IMG/VR virus record: IMGVR_UViG_3300017782_000002
Coordinates: 1 to 64,000 of that record
DNA from: a virus
Length of the DNA: 64,000 bases
Reading direction: 5' to 3' (one strand)
Both the position numbers and the translations under genes were made by a program. Below the pieces are notes generated by a model. It was not told the origin of the DNA and made no database searches. It saw nothing but the letters and a program-made list of their open reading frames with translations. Positions within the stretch are counted from its first letter, which is position 1, and each line of letters opens with the position of its first letter. Positions 37,903 through 49,241 of the stretch are shown piece by piece.

Positions 37903-38233
37903 ATTATTAAATGGAGTAAAAAATATTACTCAAGTATATGAAGGTGTAAAAAATAAAATCTTTAAAAGAGAATATGTAGAACAGATAGCAGATCATAGAT
38001 GGCAGGTGTGTAAAGAGTGTGAACATTTAGATCTTAAAGGTGATCTATGTGCTGCACCTGGTACTCAACCTTGCTGTGCTGATTGTGGTTGTAGTTTAGC
38101 TTTTAAAACAAGATCTCTTGCATCAGCGTGCCCTAAAAGTAAATGGAAAGAATTAATGTCTGACCAAGAAGAAAAAGCTTTGTTTGAGCAATTAGTAGAA
38201 AATGAAAATAAACAAAGAAATAAAAATTTATAA
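37889..38233 (+). CDS. Cys-rich zinc-binding protein
   Basis: CKECEHL...CCADCGCSLAFKTRSLASACPKSKW. Confidence 0.7.
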   Translation: MNIGKLLNGVKNITQVYEGVKNKIFKREYVEQIADHRWQVCKECEHLDLKGDLCAAPGTQPCCADCGCSLAFKTRSLASACPKSKWKELMSDQEEKALFEQLVENENKQRNKNL

Positions 38234-39060
38234 TGGCAATCATATTTAAAGAAGAAAACCATATCTATGAAAGCATAGATGAAAACTTAGAAAAGGATAA
38301 TATAACCTGGACTAGTGTTACATCTTTTATAGGTCAATTTAAACCTAAGTTTGATGCTAAAAAACAAGCAAAAAAATCTAGTAAAAATAAAAGATCTAAG
38401 TGGTATGGTATGACTCCTAAAGAAATATTAGATGCTTGGGATGCAGAAACACAAAGAGCTATTAAATTAGGTAATTGGTATCATAACCAAAGAGAAGATG
38501 GTTTATTAGAATTTAGTACAATAGAAAGAGAAGGTATAGAAGTACCTATAATAAAACCAATTATTGATGCAAATGGTATTAAGATAGCACCAGAACAAAA
38601 ATTAAAAGATGGGGTTTATCCTGAACATTTTGCTTATTTAAAATCTGCAGCTATATGTGGTCAAGCTGATTTAGTAACTATTGTAAATGGTAAAGTAAAT
38701 ATTACAGATTATAAAACTAATAAAGAAATTAAGGAAAAAGGATTTACTAATTGGGAAGGTATAACATCAAAAATGTACAAACCTGTATCACACTTAGATG
38801 ACTGTAATATCAATCATTATAACTTACAATTGAGTATTTATATGTATATTATATTAAAGCATAACCCTAAACTTAAACCTGGTAAGTTAGTAATACAGCA
38901 TGTATCATTTAAGAAAGAAGGAGAAAATGCTCATGGTTACCCTATTACTAAATATGATGATCAAGGAGAACCTATAATAAATGAAATTAAAATATATGAT
39001 CTACCTTACATGAAAGAAGAAGTTAGATCATTAATAATGTGGCTAAAAGACAAAAAATAA
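38233..39060 (+). CDS. PD-(D/E)XK nuclease
   Basis: SVTSFI, GNWYH, ICGQADLV...ITDYKTNK and YNLQLSIY motifs. Confidence 0.85.
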   Translation: MAIIFKEENHIYESIDENLEKDNITWTSVTSFIGQFKPKFDAKKQAKKSSKNKRSKWYGMTPKEILDAWDAETQRAIKLGNWYHNQREDGLLEFSTIEREGIEVPIIKPIIDANGIKIAPEQKLKDGVYPEHFAYLKSAAICGQADLVTIVNGKVNITDYKTNKEIKEKGFTNWEGITSKMYKPVSHLDDCNINHYNLQLSIYMYIILKHNPKLKPGKLVIQHVSFKKEGENAHGYPITKYDDQGEPIINEIKIYDLPYMKEEVRSLIMWLKDKK

Positions 39061-39061
39061 T

Positions 39062-39445
39062 ATGGCAAAATTTAAACAATTAGACGTTCTAAAATTAGCA
39101 GATAATGAAGATCCGGATAATGGTACATGTTTTAACTATGACGGAGAAGTAGTAAATATTGGTTCTAATACAGCAGTTCCAGCAGGTACTTCTGATCCTG
39201 CAAGTGCAATGGGTTATTGTACTAATGCTGGTTACCAATGGGAAGGAGATCAAGCTGTTGACTTAAATGATTCTAGACCTACAACTATAGATTTAGAAAA
39301 AATAGCAAGTTATTCTGCTTTTTTAAATCCTGATACTGGTAATGATGATAATACTAAAACTGAAGTAATGATGGAATCAAATCAAAAATATGTAATCAAT
39401 GAAACATTAGAAAACTTTATGAAACTAATGTCTACAGCTGTATAA
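39062..39445 (+). CDS. Hypothetical protein
   Basis: Acidic 127-aa ORF in the packaging operon. Confidence 0.65.
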   Translation: MAKFKQLDVLKLADNEDPDNGTCFNYDGEVVNIGSNTAVPAGTSDPASAMGYCTNAGYQWEGDQAVDLNDSRPTTIDLEKIASYSAFLNPDTGNDDNTKTEVMMESNQKYVINETLENFMKLMSTAV

Positions 39446-39446
39446 T

Positions 39447-39965
39447 ATGCTAGTAAAGTTATTTGACATATCAAACGGAAAAGTAGTACCTTCAGAACAC
39501 TGTTATACTTTAAATTTTTTAAAAGCAATTATGGATAAATATCCTGACACACATTTAGATGTGTACATGTATTTATTTTATATGACATGTCCTGACCCAG
39601 ATCTAAATCCTTTTTTTAATGTACCAGAAGTAGACAAAGAAGAAATTATATTAGATGAAATTAATATGGAAGAATCTTTAGAGTGTTCTAAAATAAGATA
39701 CGCTCTAGATAAATGTGCTGAACTATATGAAACACCTACTTTTAGAGCATACAAAGGTATTAAGTCTATGATAGATAAATTAGCTAAATACATGGAGAGC
39801 ACACAAATTGAACACGGAAGAGATGGTAATATAAATTCATTAGTAAGTGCAGCTAAAAACTTTGACGCTATTAGACAATCATTTAAAGGAGCATATAAAG
39901 ACATGAAGGAAGAACAATCAACTTCCGTGCGTGGAGGTCAAGGACTAGCTTATGATCAATTATAA
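39447..39965 (+). CDS. Probable terminase small subunit or crAss-type pre-terminase protein
   Basis: Helical protein directly upstream of terL, ending VRGGQGLAYDQL. Confidence 0.5.
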   Translation: MLVKLFDISNGKVVPSEHCYTLNFLKAIMDKYPDTHLDVYMYLFYMTCPDPDLNPFFNVPEVDKEEIILDEINMEESLECSKIRYALDKCAELYETPTFRAYKGIKSMIDKLAKYMESTQIEHGRDGNINSLVSAAKNFDAIRQSFKGAYKDMKEEQSTSVRGGQGLAYDQL

Positions 39966-42147
39966 AACAATTCCTACCTGGAATGAAGGAGTTTGGGAAG
40001 AAACTGTATTTGAGCAGATAGATGACTTTAGACAATTTATAGAAGATATATTTAAAGAACCTGGTCTATATGAATTTGATGAAACAGCATATGTATTTAA
40101 TGAAGAAGCAACTAGATTTAATAAACTAGGATTCTATTGTGATAAACCAATGAGATCAAAAGATTTCATGAAGTATTGGGAAGATCAAAAAAATAAATGT
40201 AGAGAAGGTGTAATATACAAAAATAAAGGTAAGACATGGTATCTCACTAGAGATTACTACATGTGGTTAAATTTTTTACCTATTTTTGATAAAGAAGAAA
40301 AAGCATACGGATTTGCTAAAGTAAGAGATGCTCAGTATCATATGGCTCTATATGAAATAATGGCTGAGATAAACTATAAACATGTTGCTATTCTTAAAAA
40401 AAGACAGATAGCATCTTCTTATTTTCATATGGGTAAACTAATCAATATGTATTGGTTTGAAGAAGGTGCTACATTAAAAATTGGAGCAGCCTTAAAAGAT
40501 TATATAAATGATAAAGGTTCATGGAAGTTTTTAGATGAATATAAAACTTTTCTAAATGAACACACTGCTTGGTATAGACCATCTAACCCTGGTAAAGTAT
40601 TATTATGGGAACAAAAGATTGAAGTAACAATAAATACTAGAAAAACACAAAAAGGTCTAAGATCTAAAATACAAGGTGCCTCTTTTGAAAAAAATGCTAC
40701 TGCAGGGGTAGGGGGTCCATGTACGTACTTCTTTCATGAAGAAGCAGGTATTGCCCCTAAAATGGATCAAACATATGAATACTTACGTCCTGCAATGTCT
40801 TCTGGTATGATGACAACAGGTCAATTTATTGCAGCAGGATCTGTTGGTGATTTAGATCATTGTAAACCATTAAAGATGTTTATTCTAAATCCAGAAGCTA
40901 ATGGTATATTAGGTGTAGAAACAAATTTAATGGATGATAAAGGTACAGTTGGTATAGCAGGTTTATTTATACCAGAACAATGGTCTATGCCTCCATACAT
41001 AGATCAGTATGGTAACTCTAATATTGAAGGTGCACTTAAATCTATAAAACGTGAAAGAGAGCAATGGAAAAGAGATTTAGAAGCAGAAGCATTTCAGTTA
41101 AGAGTATCTCAGAAACCTATAGATATAGCAGAAGCTTTTGCATATAGAAAAGAATCAATATTTCCTCAAGGTTTTTTATCTAGACAAATGAAAAGAATTG
41201 AAGATAAAGAATATTCATATGAGTTACTTGCTTTAGAATTTGATGGTAATAAAATATTACCTAAGAGAACTAAAAAATTACCTATTAATGAATTCCCTGT
41301 AAACAAAAAGAGAGAAGATAAAACAGGAGCTTTAGTAGTTTGGGAAAGACCTATTAATGATCCACCTTTTGGTACATACTATGCATCTATTGACCCTGTG
41401 TCAGAAGGTAAAACTACTACAACAGATTCACTTTGTAGTATTTTTGTATATAAAAATCCTATAGAAGTAACAAAAGAAACACCAGAAGGTTTAGAAACAT
41501 TTGTTGAGGGAGATAAAATTGTAGCATCATGGTGTGGTAGATATGATGATATAAATCAAACACATGAACAGTTATTAAAAATTATAGAATGGTACAATGC
41601 TTGGACACTTGTAGAGAATAACATATCTTTGTTTATACAATACATGATTGCCAAAAGAAAACAAAAATATTTAGTACCTAAATCACAAATTGTATTCCTA
41701 AAAGATTTAGGATCTAACAAAACAGTATACCAAGAATATGGTTGGAAAAATACTGGTACTTTATTTAAAAGTCATTTGGTATCTTATGCTATTGAATTCA
41801 TTAGAGAAGTTATAGATGAAGATACAGATGAAGAAGGTAAAGTTTATAAAAGTAAATATGGTGTTGAACGTATCCCTGACAAAATGTTGATAACTGAAAT
41901 GCTACAATACCATGAAGGACTAAACGTGGATAGATTAGTCTCTTTTTCTGCCTTAGTAGCTTTTGCTAAAATGCAACAAGCAAATAGAGGTTATGTTAAA
42001 CGTAAAGAGAGAGATAAGTCACTAGAAATCTTGGATAAGTCAAAGAAATTTGGTAAATTATCTATGAGTCCGTTTAGGAACATTGGTAGGAATAAAAAGA
42101 CCTCTGCAAAAAAAATGAAGAAAAACCCTTTTAAAAATATAAAATAA
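39952..42147 (+). CDS. terL: Terminase large subunit
   Basis: crAss-type Walker A KKRQIASSY, Walker B FFHEEAG, nuclease SIDPV, ENN and VDRLVSF. Confidence 0.92.
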   Translation: MINYKTIPTWNEGVWEETVFEQIDDFRQFIEDIFKEPGLYEFDETAYVFNEEATRFNKLGFYCDKPMRSKDFMKYWEDQKNKCREGVIYKNKGKTWYLTRDYYMWLNFLPIFDKEEKAYGFAKVRDAQYHMALYEIMAEINYKHVAILKKRQIASSYFHMGKLINMYWFEEGATLKIGAALKDYINDKGSWKFLDEYKTFLNEHTAWYRPSNPGKVLLWEQKIEVTINTRKTQKGLRSKIQGASFEKNATAGVGGPCTYFFHEEAGIAPKMDQTYEYLRPAMSSGMMTTGQFIAAGSVGDLDHCKPLKMFILNPEANGILGVETNLMDDKGTVGIAGLFIPEQWSMPPYIDQYGNSNIEGALKSIKREREQWKRDLEAEAFQLRVSQKPIDIAEAFAYRKESIFPQGFLSRQMKRIEDKEYSYELLALEFDGNKILPKRTKKLPINEFPVNKKREDKTGALVVWERPINDPPFGTYYASIDPVSEGKTTTTDSLCSIFVYKNPIEVTKETPEGLETFVEGDKIVASWCGRYDDINQTHEQLLKIIEWYNAWTLVENNISLFIQYMIAKRKQKYLVPKSQIVFLKDLGSNKTVYQEYGWKNTGTLFKSHLVSYAIEFIREVIDEDTDEEGKVYKSKYGVERIPDKMLITEMLQYHEGLNVDRLVSFSALVAFAKMQQANRGYVKRKERDKSLEILDKSKKFGKLSMSPFRNIGRNKKTSAKKMKKNPFKNIK

Positions 42148-42242
42148 TGTATGAATACGTAACAACCTGTACAGATCCTTATTTATCTTTTGTGTATGTT
42201 TACATAACAGAGTATATAGATTATGTTGAAAAAGACAACTAA
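42147..42242 (+). CDS. 31-aa Tyr-rich peptide between terL and portal (not in ORF track)
   Basis: MYEYVTTCTDPYLSFVYVYITEYIDYVEKDN; TAATG overlap with the terL stop; fills the gap exactly. Confidence 0.55.
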   Translation: MYEYVTTCTDPYLSFVYVYITEYIDYVEKDN

Positions 42243-42245
42243 AAT

Positions 42246-44999
42246 ATGAAAGTATATAATGCACTACAATTAAAAAAAGGAGCTAAGGTTAAGAAGGACC
42301 TAAAATTTGCAAACCTAAATCAACCTTTACAATTTATACCATCTAAAGAAAAAGATGATGATTGGGCTGCTTGGAATTTAGATTGGCTAGAAACTAGAGG
42401 TATGGATCAGCTTAAGAAAAACTCTAGAAGACTTTTAAAAAATTATAAACTAGCTAAAGGTATAATTGATAAAACAGACTACATAGTTGAAGAAGAAAAT
42501 GACTATGCAGATTTAATGGATGTTTTAACAAAAGAGGATGAGTCAGCATTAGAGCTTAAATTTTATCCAATAATTCCAAACGTTGTAAATGTATTAACAG
42601 GAGAATTCAGTAAGAGATACACAAAAGTACAGTTTAGAGCTGTAGATGATACATCTTATAATGAGATGTTAGAACAAAAAAGAGCTATGATTGAGGAGAA
42701 TCTTTTAACAGATGCCTACAACAAGCTTATGATAAACATGATCCAGCAAGGAGCTGATCCTAATTCAGAAGAAGTACAACAACAATTATCTACAGAAAAT
42801 TTAAAAACATTACCTGAGATAGAAGATTTTTTTAGCAAAAGTTATAGAAGTTTAATAGAAGAATGGGCATCACATCAATTAAATGTAGATGAAGAAAGAT
42901 TTAAAATGCAAGAACTTGAAGAAAGAGCATTTAAAGATATGCTTATTTGTGATAGAGAGTTTTGGCATTTTAAAATGAATGAGGATGATTATGATGTAGA
43001 ATTATGGAATCCTGTTTTAACATTCTATCAAAAATCTCCTGAGTCAAGATATATATCAGAATCTAATTTTGCTGGTAAATGTGATATGATGACAGTTGCA
43101 GATGTTATTGACAAGTATGGTTACTTAATGGATGAAGAGCAATTAAGATCTATGCAAAATATACATCCTGCTAGAAACTCACAATATTTGTTAAATGGTA
43201 TGCAAAATGATGGTTCATATTATGATGCAAGTAGATCACACAAATGGAATACAGAATCACCTAGTTTAGATTACAGAAAGTTAATGAGTAACTATGGAAG
43301 TAATCCTGGTGTTGAAGGAGACATTGTAAATTGGATATTGCAAGAAGGAAATGACATAAGTCAATGGGGACAAGCAGACATGATGCGTGTTACTACAGTG
43401 TATTGGAAAACTCAAAGAAAAATAGGTCACCTTACAAGAATAGATACTACTGGTGAACTTATACAAAAAATAATTGATGAAGATTATAAAGTAAATGATA
43501 AACCTGTATATAACACAAGATTATTTAAAGATAAAACAAGAGATAATTTAATTGAAGGAGAACATATAGATTGGTTCTGGATCAATGAGGTGTGGGGAGG
43601 CGTTAAAATAGGACCAAATGGACCTCAGCATTGGAGATCAGAAGATAATGACGTAGATCCAATGTATTTAGGTATTAATGCTAAAAAACCAGGTAAAGTA
43701 AAATACCAGTTTAAAGGTGAAGATACTTTATACAATTGTAAACTACCTGTAGAGGGTAGAGTATTCTCAGACAGAAATACAAGATCAACTTCTTTAGTTG
43801 ATTTAATGAAACCATATCAAATTGGATATAATATGGTAAATAATCAAATAGCAGACATACTAGTAGATGAGCTAGGTACTGTTATTATGTTTGATCAAAA
43901 TGCTTTACCACGTCACTCAATGGGAGAAGACTGGGGTAAGAATAATTTAGAAAAAGCTTATGTAGCAATGAAAGATTTTGGTATGATGCCTTTAGACACA
44001 TCTATTACTAATACTGAAAATGCTGTAAACTTTAATCATTACCAAACATTAAACTTAGAACAAACTAATAGATTAATGTCTAGAATTCAATTAGCTAATC
44101 ATTTTAAACAACAGGCATTTGAATCTATAGGAATAAATCAACAACGTATGGGTACACCTATTGCACAACAAACAGCAACAGGAGTTACACAAGCAATGAA
44201 TCAATCATTTTCACAAACAGAACAGTACTTTACACAACACTCTGATCATCTAATGCCAAGAGTACATCAAATGAGAACTGACTTATCACAGTTTTACCAT
44301 AGTACTAAACCATCTGTTAGATTAAGTTATATGACATCAGAAGCAGAAAAGGTAAACTTTACTATTAATGGTCAAAAATTATTGTTAAGAGATTTTAATG
44401 TGTTTGCTACAACTAAAACAAACCATAGAGAAACATTACAACAATTAAAAGAAATGGCTTTACAGAACAATACAACAGGGGCATCTATTTACGACCTTGG
44501 TAATGTACTTAAGTCTAACTCTATTGCTGAAGTATCAGACATACTAAAAGATGCTGAAGCTAAAACACAGCAACAAAAACAAGCAGAAATGCAACAACAA
44601 CAAAAAATGCAAGAGCAACAATTACAAGCTCAGCAACAACAGCAACAAGCTCAACAACAGTTTGAAGCTGAACAAGCTGATGCTGAAAGGCAAAAAGACA
44701 TTACTGTTGCTGAAATAAGATCTGCAGGTTATGGTGCAATGCAAGATATTGATGAAAATAAACAAAGTGACTTCCAAGATGCTATGAAAGACATACGTGA
44801 AAGAGATCAATACAGAGAGCAAATGAACTTCAAAAGAGAACAAGCTACTAATGACAACTCAAATAAAAGAGCAAAAATGGACATTGATAGAGAAAAACTT
44901 GCTACTCAACGTGAAATAGCTGCTAAAAACTTAGAAATTGCACGTGAAAATAAAAACAAATATGATGTAAAACCTAAGAAAAAGGATAAGAAAAAATAA
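42246..44999 (+). CDS. Portal protein (crAss-like)
   Basis: KFYPIIPNVVNVLTGE, EFWHF, EVWGGVKIG, KPYQIGYN motifs and a Q-rich C-terminal barrel helix; position after terL. Confidence 0.9.
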   Translation: MKVYNALQLKKGAKVKKDLKFANLNQPLQFIPSKEKDDDWAAWNLDWLETRGMDQLKKNSRRLLKNYKLAKGIIDKTDYIVEEENDYADLMDVLTKEDESALELKFYPIIPNVVNVLTGEFSKRYTKVQFRAVDDTSYNEMLEQKRAMIEENLLTDAYNKLMINMIQQGADPNSEEVQQQLSTENLKTLPEIEDFFSKSYRSLIEEWASHQLNVDEERFKMQELEERAFKDMLICDREFWHFKMNEDDYDVELWNPVLTFYQKSPESRYISESNFAGKCDMMTVADVIDKYGYLMDEEQLRSMQNIHPARNSQYLLNGMQNDGSYYDASRSHKWNTESPSLDYRKLMSNYGSNPGVEGDIVNWILQEGNDISQWGQADMMRVTTVYWKTQRKIGHLTRIDTTGELIQKIIDEDYKVNDKPVYNTRLFKDKTRDNLIEGEHIDWFWINEVWGGVKIGPNGPQHWRSEDNDVDPMYLGINAKKPGKVKYQFKGEDTLYNCKLPVEGRVFSDRNTRSTSLVDLMKPYQIGYNMVNNQIADILVDELGTVIMFDQNALPRHSMGEDWGKNNLEKAYVAMKDFGMMPLDTSITNTENAVNFNHYQTLNLEQTNRLMSRIQLANHFKQQAFESIGINQQRMGTPIAQQTATGVTQAMNQSFSQTEQYFTQHSDHLMPRVHQMRTDLSQFYHSTKPSVRLSYMTSEAEKVNFTINGQKLLLRDFNVFATTKTNHRETLQQLKEMALQNNTTGASIYDLGNVLKSNSIAEVSDILKDAEAKTQQQKQAEMQQQQKMQEQQLQAQQQQQQAQQQFEAEQADAERQKDITVAEIRSAGYGAMQDIDENKQSDFQDAMKDIRERDQYREQMNFKREQATNDNSNKRAKMDIDREKLATQREIAAKNLEIARENKNKYDVKPKKKDKKK

Positions 45000-45118
45000 T
45001 CATAGCTATATACTACAAAAAACTTTACTAGACTTAAGAAATTTCTAAGGTTTATAAAAAAAACTTTAGTATATTGTATATGTAATAAACCAAAACATTA
45101 ACCAAACCAATATATATT

Positions 45119-46462
45119 ATGGAAGAATCCAACATGGAAACAACAAACGTACAGCAAGTAGATGTAGATTTAGATGAAATCTTTAATGGTGCTCCAGGAG
45201 CGTCATCTGTTACGTTACCATCAACTGAAGAAACTAGTGAAAAACCAAAACCAAATGTATTTTCTAGGAACGCAGAAGTAGATTTAGGTTTCTTAGAACC
45301 AAAAGAAAATGAAGATACAAAAGATGAATCCTCTAAAGAAGTTGACGCAGAAGCTAAAACTGAAGAGGGAACTGCAGAAATTGCAGATAAAGGAGTGGAG
45401 ACTAAACCAGCAGATACAAAAACTCAAGAAGGAGATAAAGTCTCTGAGTCAGAAATAGATGAAATTTTAAATGAAGGTTTAGAAGTAGCAGAAGATGAAG
45501 ATGAAAAGTCTACTGCTAAAGGTAGAAAAAGAATTAATGATATGGCTGACGTTTTCAAGAAGATGATTGAAAATGATGAAATCATTCCTTTTGATGATGA
45601 TAAAGACTTAGAAGAATATACAGCTAAAGATTGGAAAGAGCTTATTAAAGCTAACATGGATGAGAGAGCTAACAAAGTTAGAAGAGAAACTCCAAAACAG
45701 TTTTTTGACAGTTTACCACAAGAATTACAAGTTGCAGCAAAATATGTTGCAGATGGTGGTCAAGATTTAAAAGGTTTATTTGCAACTTTATCACAAGTTG
45801 AAGAAACAAGATCTTTAGACATGTCTACTGAAAAGGGACAAGAACATATTGTAAGAGAATACTTAACTGCTACAGGGTATGGTAATGTAGAAGAAGTTAA
45901 TGAAGAAATAGAAATTTGGAAAGATTTAGGAAAGCTTGAAAAACAAGCAACTAAATTTAAACCAAAATTAGATAAGATGTCAGAAGCAGTTGTTGCTAAA
46001 AAATTAGAAGAGCAGGAAATGAAACGTGCACAACAACAAAAAGCTTCAGAAAACTATATGGCTAATGTATATCACACATTAAAAGATGGTAAATTAGGAG
46101 ACATGAAAGTAAATAAGAAGACACAATCAATGTTATATAATGGTTTAGTTTCTCCTTCTTATCCTTCTATCTCTGGTGAGAATACTAATTTGCTAGGACA
46201 TTTATTAGAAAAATACCAATTTGTTGAGCCAAATTACAACTTAGTATCAGAAGCACTATGGTTACTAGCTGATCCAGAAGGATATAAAAGTCAACTAAAA
46301 ACACAAGGTACTAATGCAGCTGTAGAACAAACAGTAAGAAAACTAAAAACAGCACAAGCAAGTAAAAACGCATCTTCTAGTAAAACAGGAGGAGAGAAAT
46401 CTAGCAGTAGAGGACCAAAAAGAACTTTACCTAGAAACAACAACATATTTAAAAGATTTTAA
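45119..46462 (+). CDS. Acidic capsid scaffolding-like protein
   Basis: Very acidic N-half, between portal and MCP as in crAss-like phages. Confidence 0.7.
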   Translation: MEESNMETTNVQQVDVDLDEIFNGAPGASSVTLPSTEETSEKPKPNVFSRNAEVDLGFLEPKENEDTKDESSKEVDAEAKTEEGTAEIADKGVETKPADTKTQEGDKVSESEIDEILNEGLEVAEDEDEKSTAKGRKRINDMADVFKKMIENDEIIPFDDDKDLEEYTAKDWKELIKANMDERANKVRRETPKQFFDSLPQELQVAAKYVADGGQDLKGLFATLSQVEETRSLDMSTEKGQEHIVREYLTATGYGNVEEVNEEIEIWKDLGKLEKQATKFKPKLDKMSEAVVAKKLEEQEMKRAQQQKASENYMANVYHTLKDGKLGDMKVNKKTQSMLYNGLVSPSYPSISGENTNLLGHLLEKYQFVEPNYNLVSEALWLLADPEGYKSQLKTQGTNAAVEQTVRKLKTAQASKNASSSKTGGEKSSSRGPKRTLPRNNNIFKRF

Positions 46463-46507
46463 AAATAGACAACAACAATAATTATTAATTAAAAACAATT
46501 TCAAAAA

Positions 46508-48136
46508 ATGGCAACACCAGTTTTAAACAACGGTCTCTTCCTCAGAGACACTAATTACAAAGCTAGTTCCCATATTGATTCTTATCACTTAACGAATATG
46601 TTAGGTAATGCTGAGCCAACTGACATGGGTCCTGTGGACTTATGGGCTATGACGCAGAAGGTAGAAATGCCTTTATACCAAATGGCTTCTTTTGGTGGAA
46701 AGAATACAATCATGGTTGACAACGCTCGTGGGGAGTACAAATGGCAAACACCAGTAGCTCAAGAATTACCTGTTTCTTTAGGGAAAATTGACACTATGGC
46801 TGCCGGAACAAGAGGTATTGATGGACAATCATTCAAAATTAAACTATCTAAAAGAGAGTTTGGTCACGGTGACATCATTACTTATGATAAGTATAATGGA
46901 CTTGAACTTTACATTACTGCAGATGATATTTTGCAAGTAGGTGATGGTTGGATTTATACTTGTGAGTTAGTTAACAGTAACTCAACTACAGGTCTAGCTG
47001 ACAAATATCTTGTAGCTGGAACTAAATTCTTTAGAAAAGGTTCTGCAAGAGGTGAGTATGGAGAAAGATTCTCTGACATCACTACAGGAGCTGGCTTCAG
47101 AGAGTACTACAACTTTGTTGGAGGTGCTGAAGCTCACGTACACTATTCTATTTCTAGCCGTGCTGATCTTATGATCAAAGGTGGTATGAATGCTGATGGT
47201 TCTGTACCAGTAACTGAAATCTGGAGAAACTTTGATAAGTCTGTAGATCCATCATTAAACTCTATTGAAGATATTGCTTCTGCAATGGGTAAAGACTATG
47301 TTAAAAAAGCATTTGATAACGGATCTCTTTCTAGAACTTTCTTAACTTCTATGGAAGGTGCTCACTTATCTAAAATTGCTAATGACATTGAAACTTACTT
47401 AATGTGGGGTCATGGTGGTAGAGTTAAGCAAGACGGTCCGGATGACTTAAGATTATCTGTAGGTCTTTGGAAGCAATTAGACAACTCTTTCAAGAGAGTA
47501 TACAACAAATCAGGATTTGATTTAGATATGTTCAAAAATGAACTATATAACTTCTATGCTGGTAAAGTTGAGTTTGATGGTCCAGATCCAAAACGTCAAC
47601 TAGTTGTTCAAACTGGTATTGGTGGTATGCAACTAATCAACACTGCTATTGCTGCTGAGGCAGGTGGTGCTGCAGGTGCAGGTGTACAAACGTCATTAAC
47701 TGACATTGGTGCAATCACTGGTAAAGGAATGGACTTAGGATACGGATTTGCGTACACTAGCTTCATCATTCCTTTCTTAGCTAATGTTAAGTTTGTATTA
47801 AACCCAGCGTTTGATAACTTACATACTAATGACATTGAGAATCCTTTAGTAGATGGTCGTCCATTATCTTCTTACAGCTACATCATCTTTGATGTTACTG
47901 ATTCAGGAAGTGATAACATCCACTTATTAAAACTATCTTGGGATAACCAATTAAAATGGTTCTACCAAAATGGTACTATGGATTACATGGGAAGAACTCA
48001 AGGGTTTGCTTCTACAGGACACTTTAACGGGTATAGAGTTATGATGACTCAAACAATGCCTGCTATATGGGTAGAAGATCCAACTAAGGTTCTTAAAATT
48101 GTAATGAAGAATCCAATTACTGGAGGATCATTCTAA
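46508..48136 (+). CDS. Major capsid protein (crAss-like)
   Basis: Highly expressed codon bias, conserved position, GLWKQL, YIIFDVT and PAIWVEDPTKVL motifs, followed by a strong terminator. Confidence 0.9.
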   Translation: MATPVLNNGLFLRDTNYKASSHIDSYHLTNMLGNAEPTDMGPVDLWAMTQKVEMPLYQMASFGGKNTIMVDNARGEYKWQTPVAQELPVSLGKIDTMAAGTRGIDGQSFKIKLSKREFGHGDIITYDKYNGLELYITADDILQVGDGWIYTCELVNSNSTTGLADKYLVAGTKFFRKGSARGEYGERFSDITTGAGFREYYNFVGGAEAHVHYSISSRADLMIKGGMNADGSVPVTEIWRNFDKSVDPSLNSIEDIASAMGKDYVKKAFDNGSLSRTFLTSMEGAHLSKIANDIETYLMWGHGGRVKQDGPDDLRLSVGLWKQLDNSFKRVYNKSGFDLDMFKNELYNFYAGKVEFDGPDPKRQLVVQTGIGGMQLINTAIAAEAGGAAGAGVQTSLTDIGAITGKGMDLGYGFAYTSFIIPFLANVKFVLNPAFDNLHTNDIENPLVDGRPLSSYSYIIFDVTDSGSDNIHLLKLSWDNQLKWFYQNGTMDYMGRTQGFASTGHFNGYRVMMTQTMPAIWVEDPTKVLKIVMKNPITGGSF

Positions 48137-48151
48137 TAACAACTGAAAGAC

Positions 48152-48180
48152 GGAGGGGTGTTATGCCCCTCCTTATTTCT
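48152..48180 (+). terminator. Intrinsic terminator after MCP
   Basis: GGAGGGG-TGTTATG-CCCCTCC-TTATTTCT. Confidence 0.75.
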
Positions 48181-48218
48181 TAAACCAATAATTAATAATT
48201 AACCAATAAAAAAGTATT

Positions 48219-49241
48219 ATGAAAGTAAATGATGTAACAATTACTGAAAAGTATCAAGCAACTAAAAACAAACAAGTTGCAATAAAACCTTATTTTAATC
48301 CTGATATATCTAATATGGGATTAGAAAAATATAACCAAACATTATTTGATGGTGTATGGCATCACGAAAGTTTGGCATGTTTAGAAAGAAATGGAATAGC
48401 AAGATATGTAACAGGATTAAATGAATTTGCACCTAGTGTTAAAACATTACCTCCTGCAGAAAAAAAGGCTAAAATAAAAGAAATTAGAGAAGTGGTTTCA
48501 CAATTAGAAAAAGAACTAGCAGCAAATGTTATTGATCCAGAAGATAAAGACTTTTGGAACAAAGTTCAAGTTTTGAGACCTGATAATCATAAGTTTTGGG
48601 ATAAAATTGAACTAAAGGTAGGTAATGAACCATTATTTCTTGATCCTTCTGTTGATCCTTATGATTTAATAAAAATATATGCAATAGAAGCTGGAGGTTT
48701 TTCTATAGTATCTCCTAACTTACGTCAAGCAAAGATAGACGGAACTAGGTTTTATTTAAATAGAACAAAAGATTCAGCTAGCACTAGAACATCTGTATCT
48801 AAAACTAAAAACAGAGCTCTAGCAGCATTGCAAAATTTATATGATACTGACACAACCAAGTTATTATATGTAGCAAAAGTTGTTGACTCAAACAGTACAC
48901 AGTATATAAAAGGAACTCCTATTGATGTATTATATGAGAATATGGATGCATACATAAATGGACAAGGAGCTGAAAGACGTACAAAAGAAGCAGCTGAAAA
49001 TTTTGTTAAAACAGCTAATTCTAATATGGAAGATCTTAAAATTAGAGCTGTCATAAAAGATGCAATAACATATAACTTAATGACTAGTAAGTCAGACGGT
49101 CATATTTATGATAAGTATTCTGGTTCTAAGTTAGGTGCAAGACCTTCAGAAGTACTTGAGTTTCTTAAGAACCCAAAAAATGATGATGTACTACAACGTT
49201 TCTTAGATGAAGTAGAAGAGTTGTGGGATAACGAAAACTAG
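48219..49241 (+). CDS. Conserved crAss-like protein downstream of MCP
   Basis: 340-aa ORF in the structural operon. Confidence 0.65.
   Translation: MKVNDVTITEKYQATKNKQVAIKPYFNPDISNMGLEKYNQTLFDGVWHHESLACLERNGIARYVTGLNEFAPSVKTLPPAEKKAKIKEIREVVSQLEKELAANVIDPEDKDFWNKVQVLRPDNHKFWDKIELKVGNEPLFLDPSVDPYDLIKIYAIEAGGFSIVSPNLRQAKIDGTRFYLNRTKDSASTRTSVSKTKNRALAALQNLYDTDTTKLLYVAKVVDSNSTQYIKGTPIDVLYENMDAYINGQGAERRTKEAAENFVKTANSNMEDLKIRAVIKDAITYNLMTSKSDGHIYDKYSGSKLGARPSEVLEFLKNPKNDDVLQRFLDEVEELWDNEN

Noticed and set aside
44560-44680. CAA/CAG microsatellite-like tract
   Set aside because: It encodes the Gln-rich C-terminal helix of the portal; it is not an independent repeat element.
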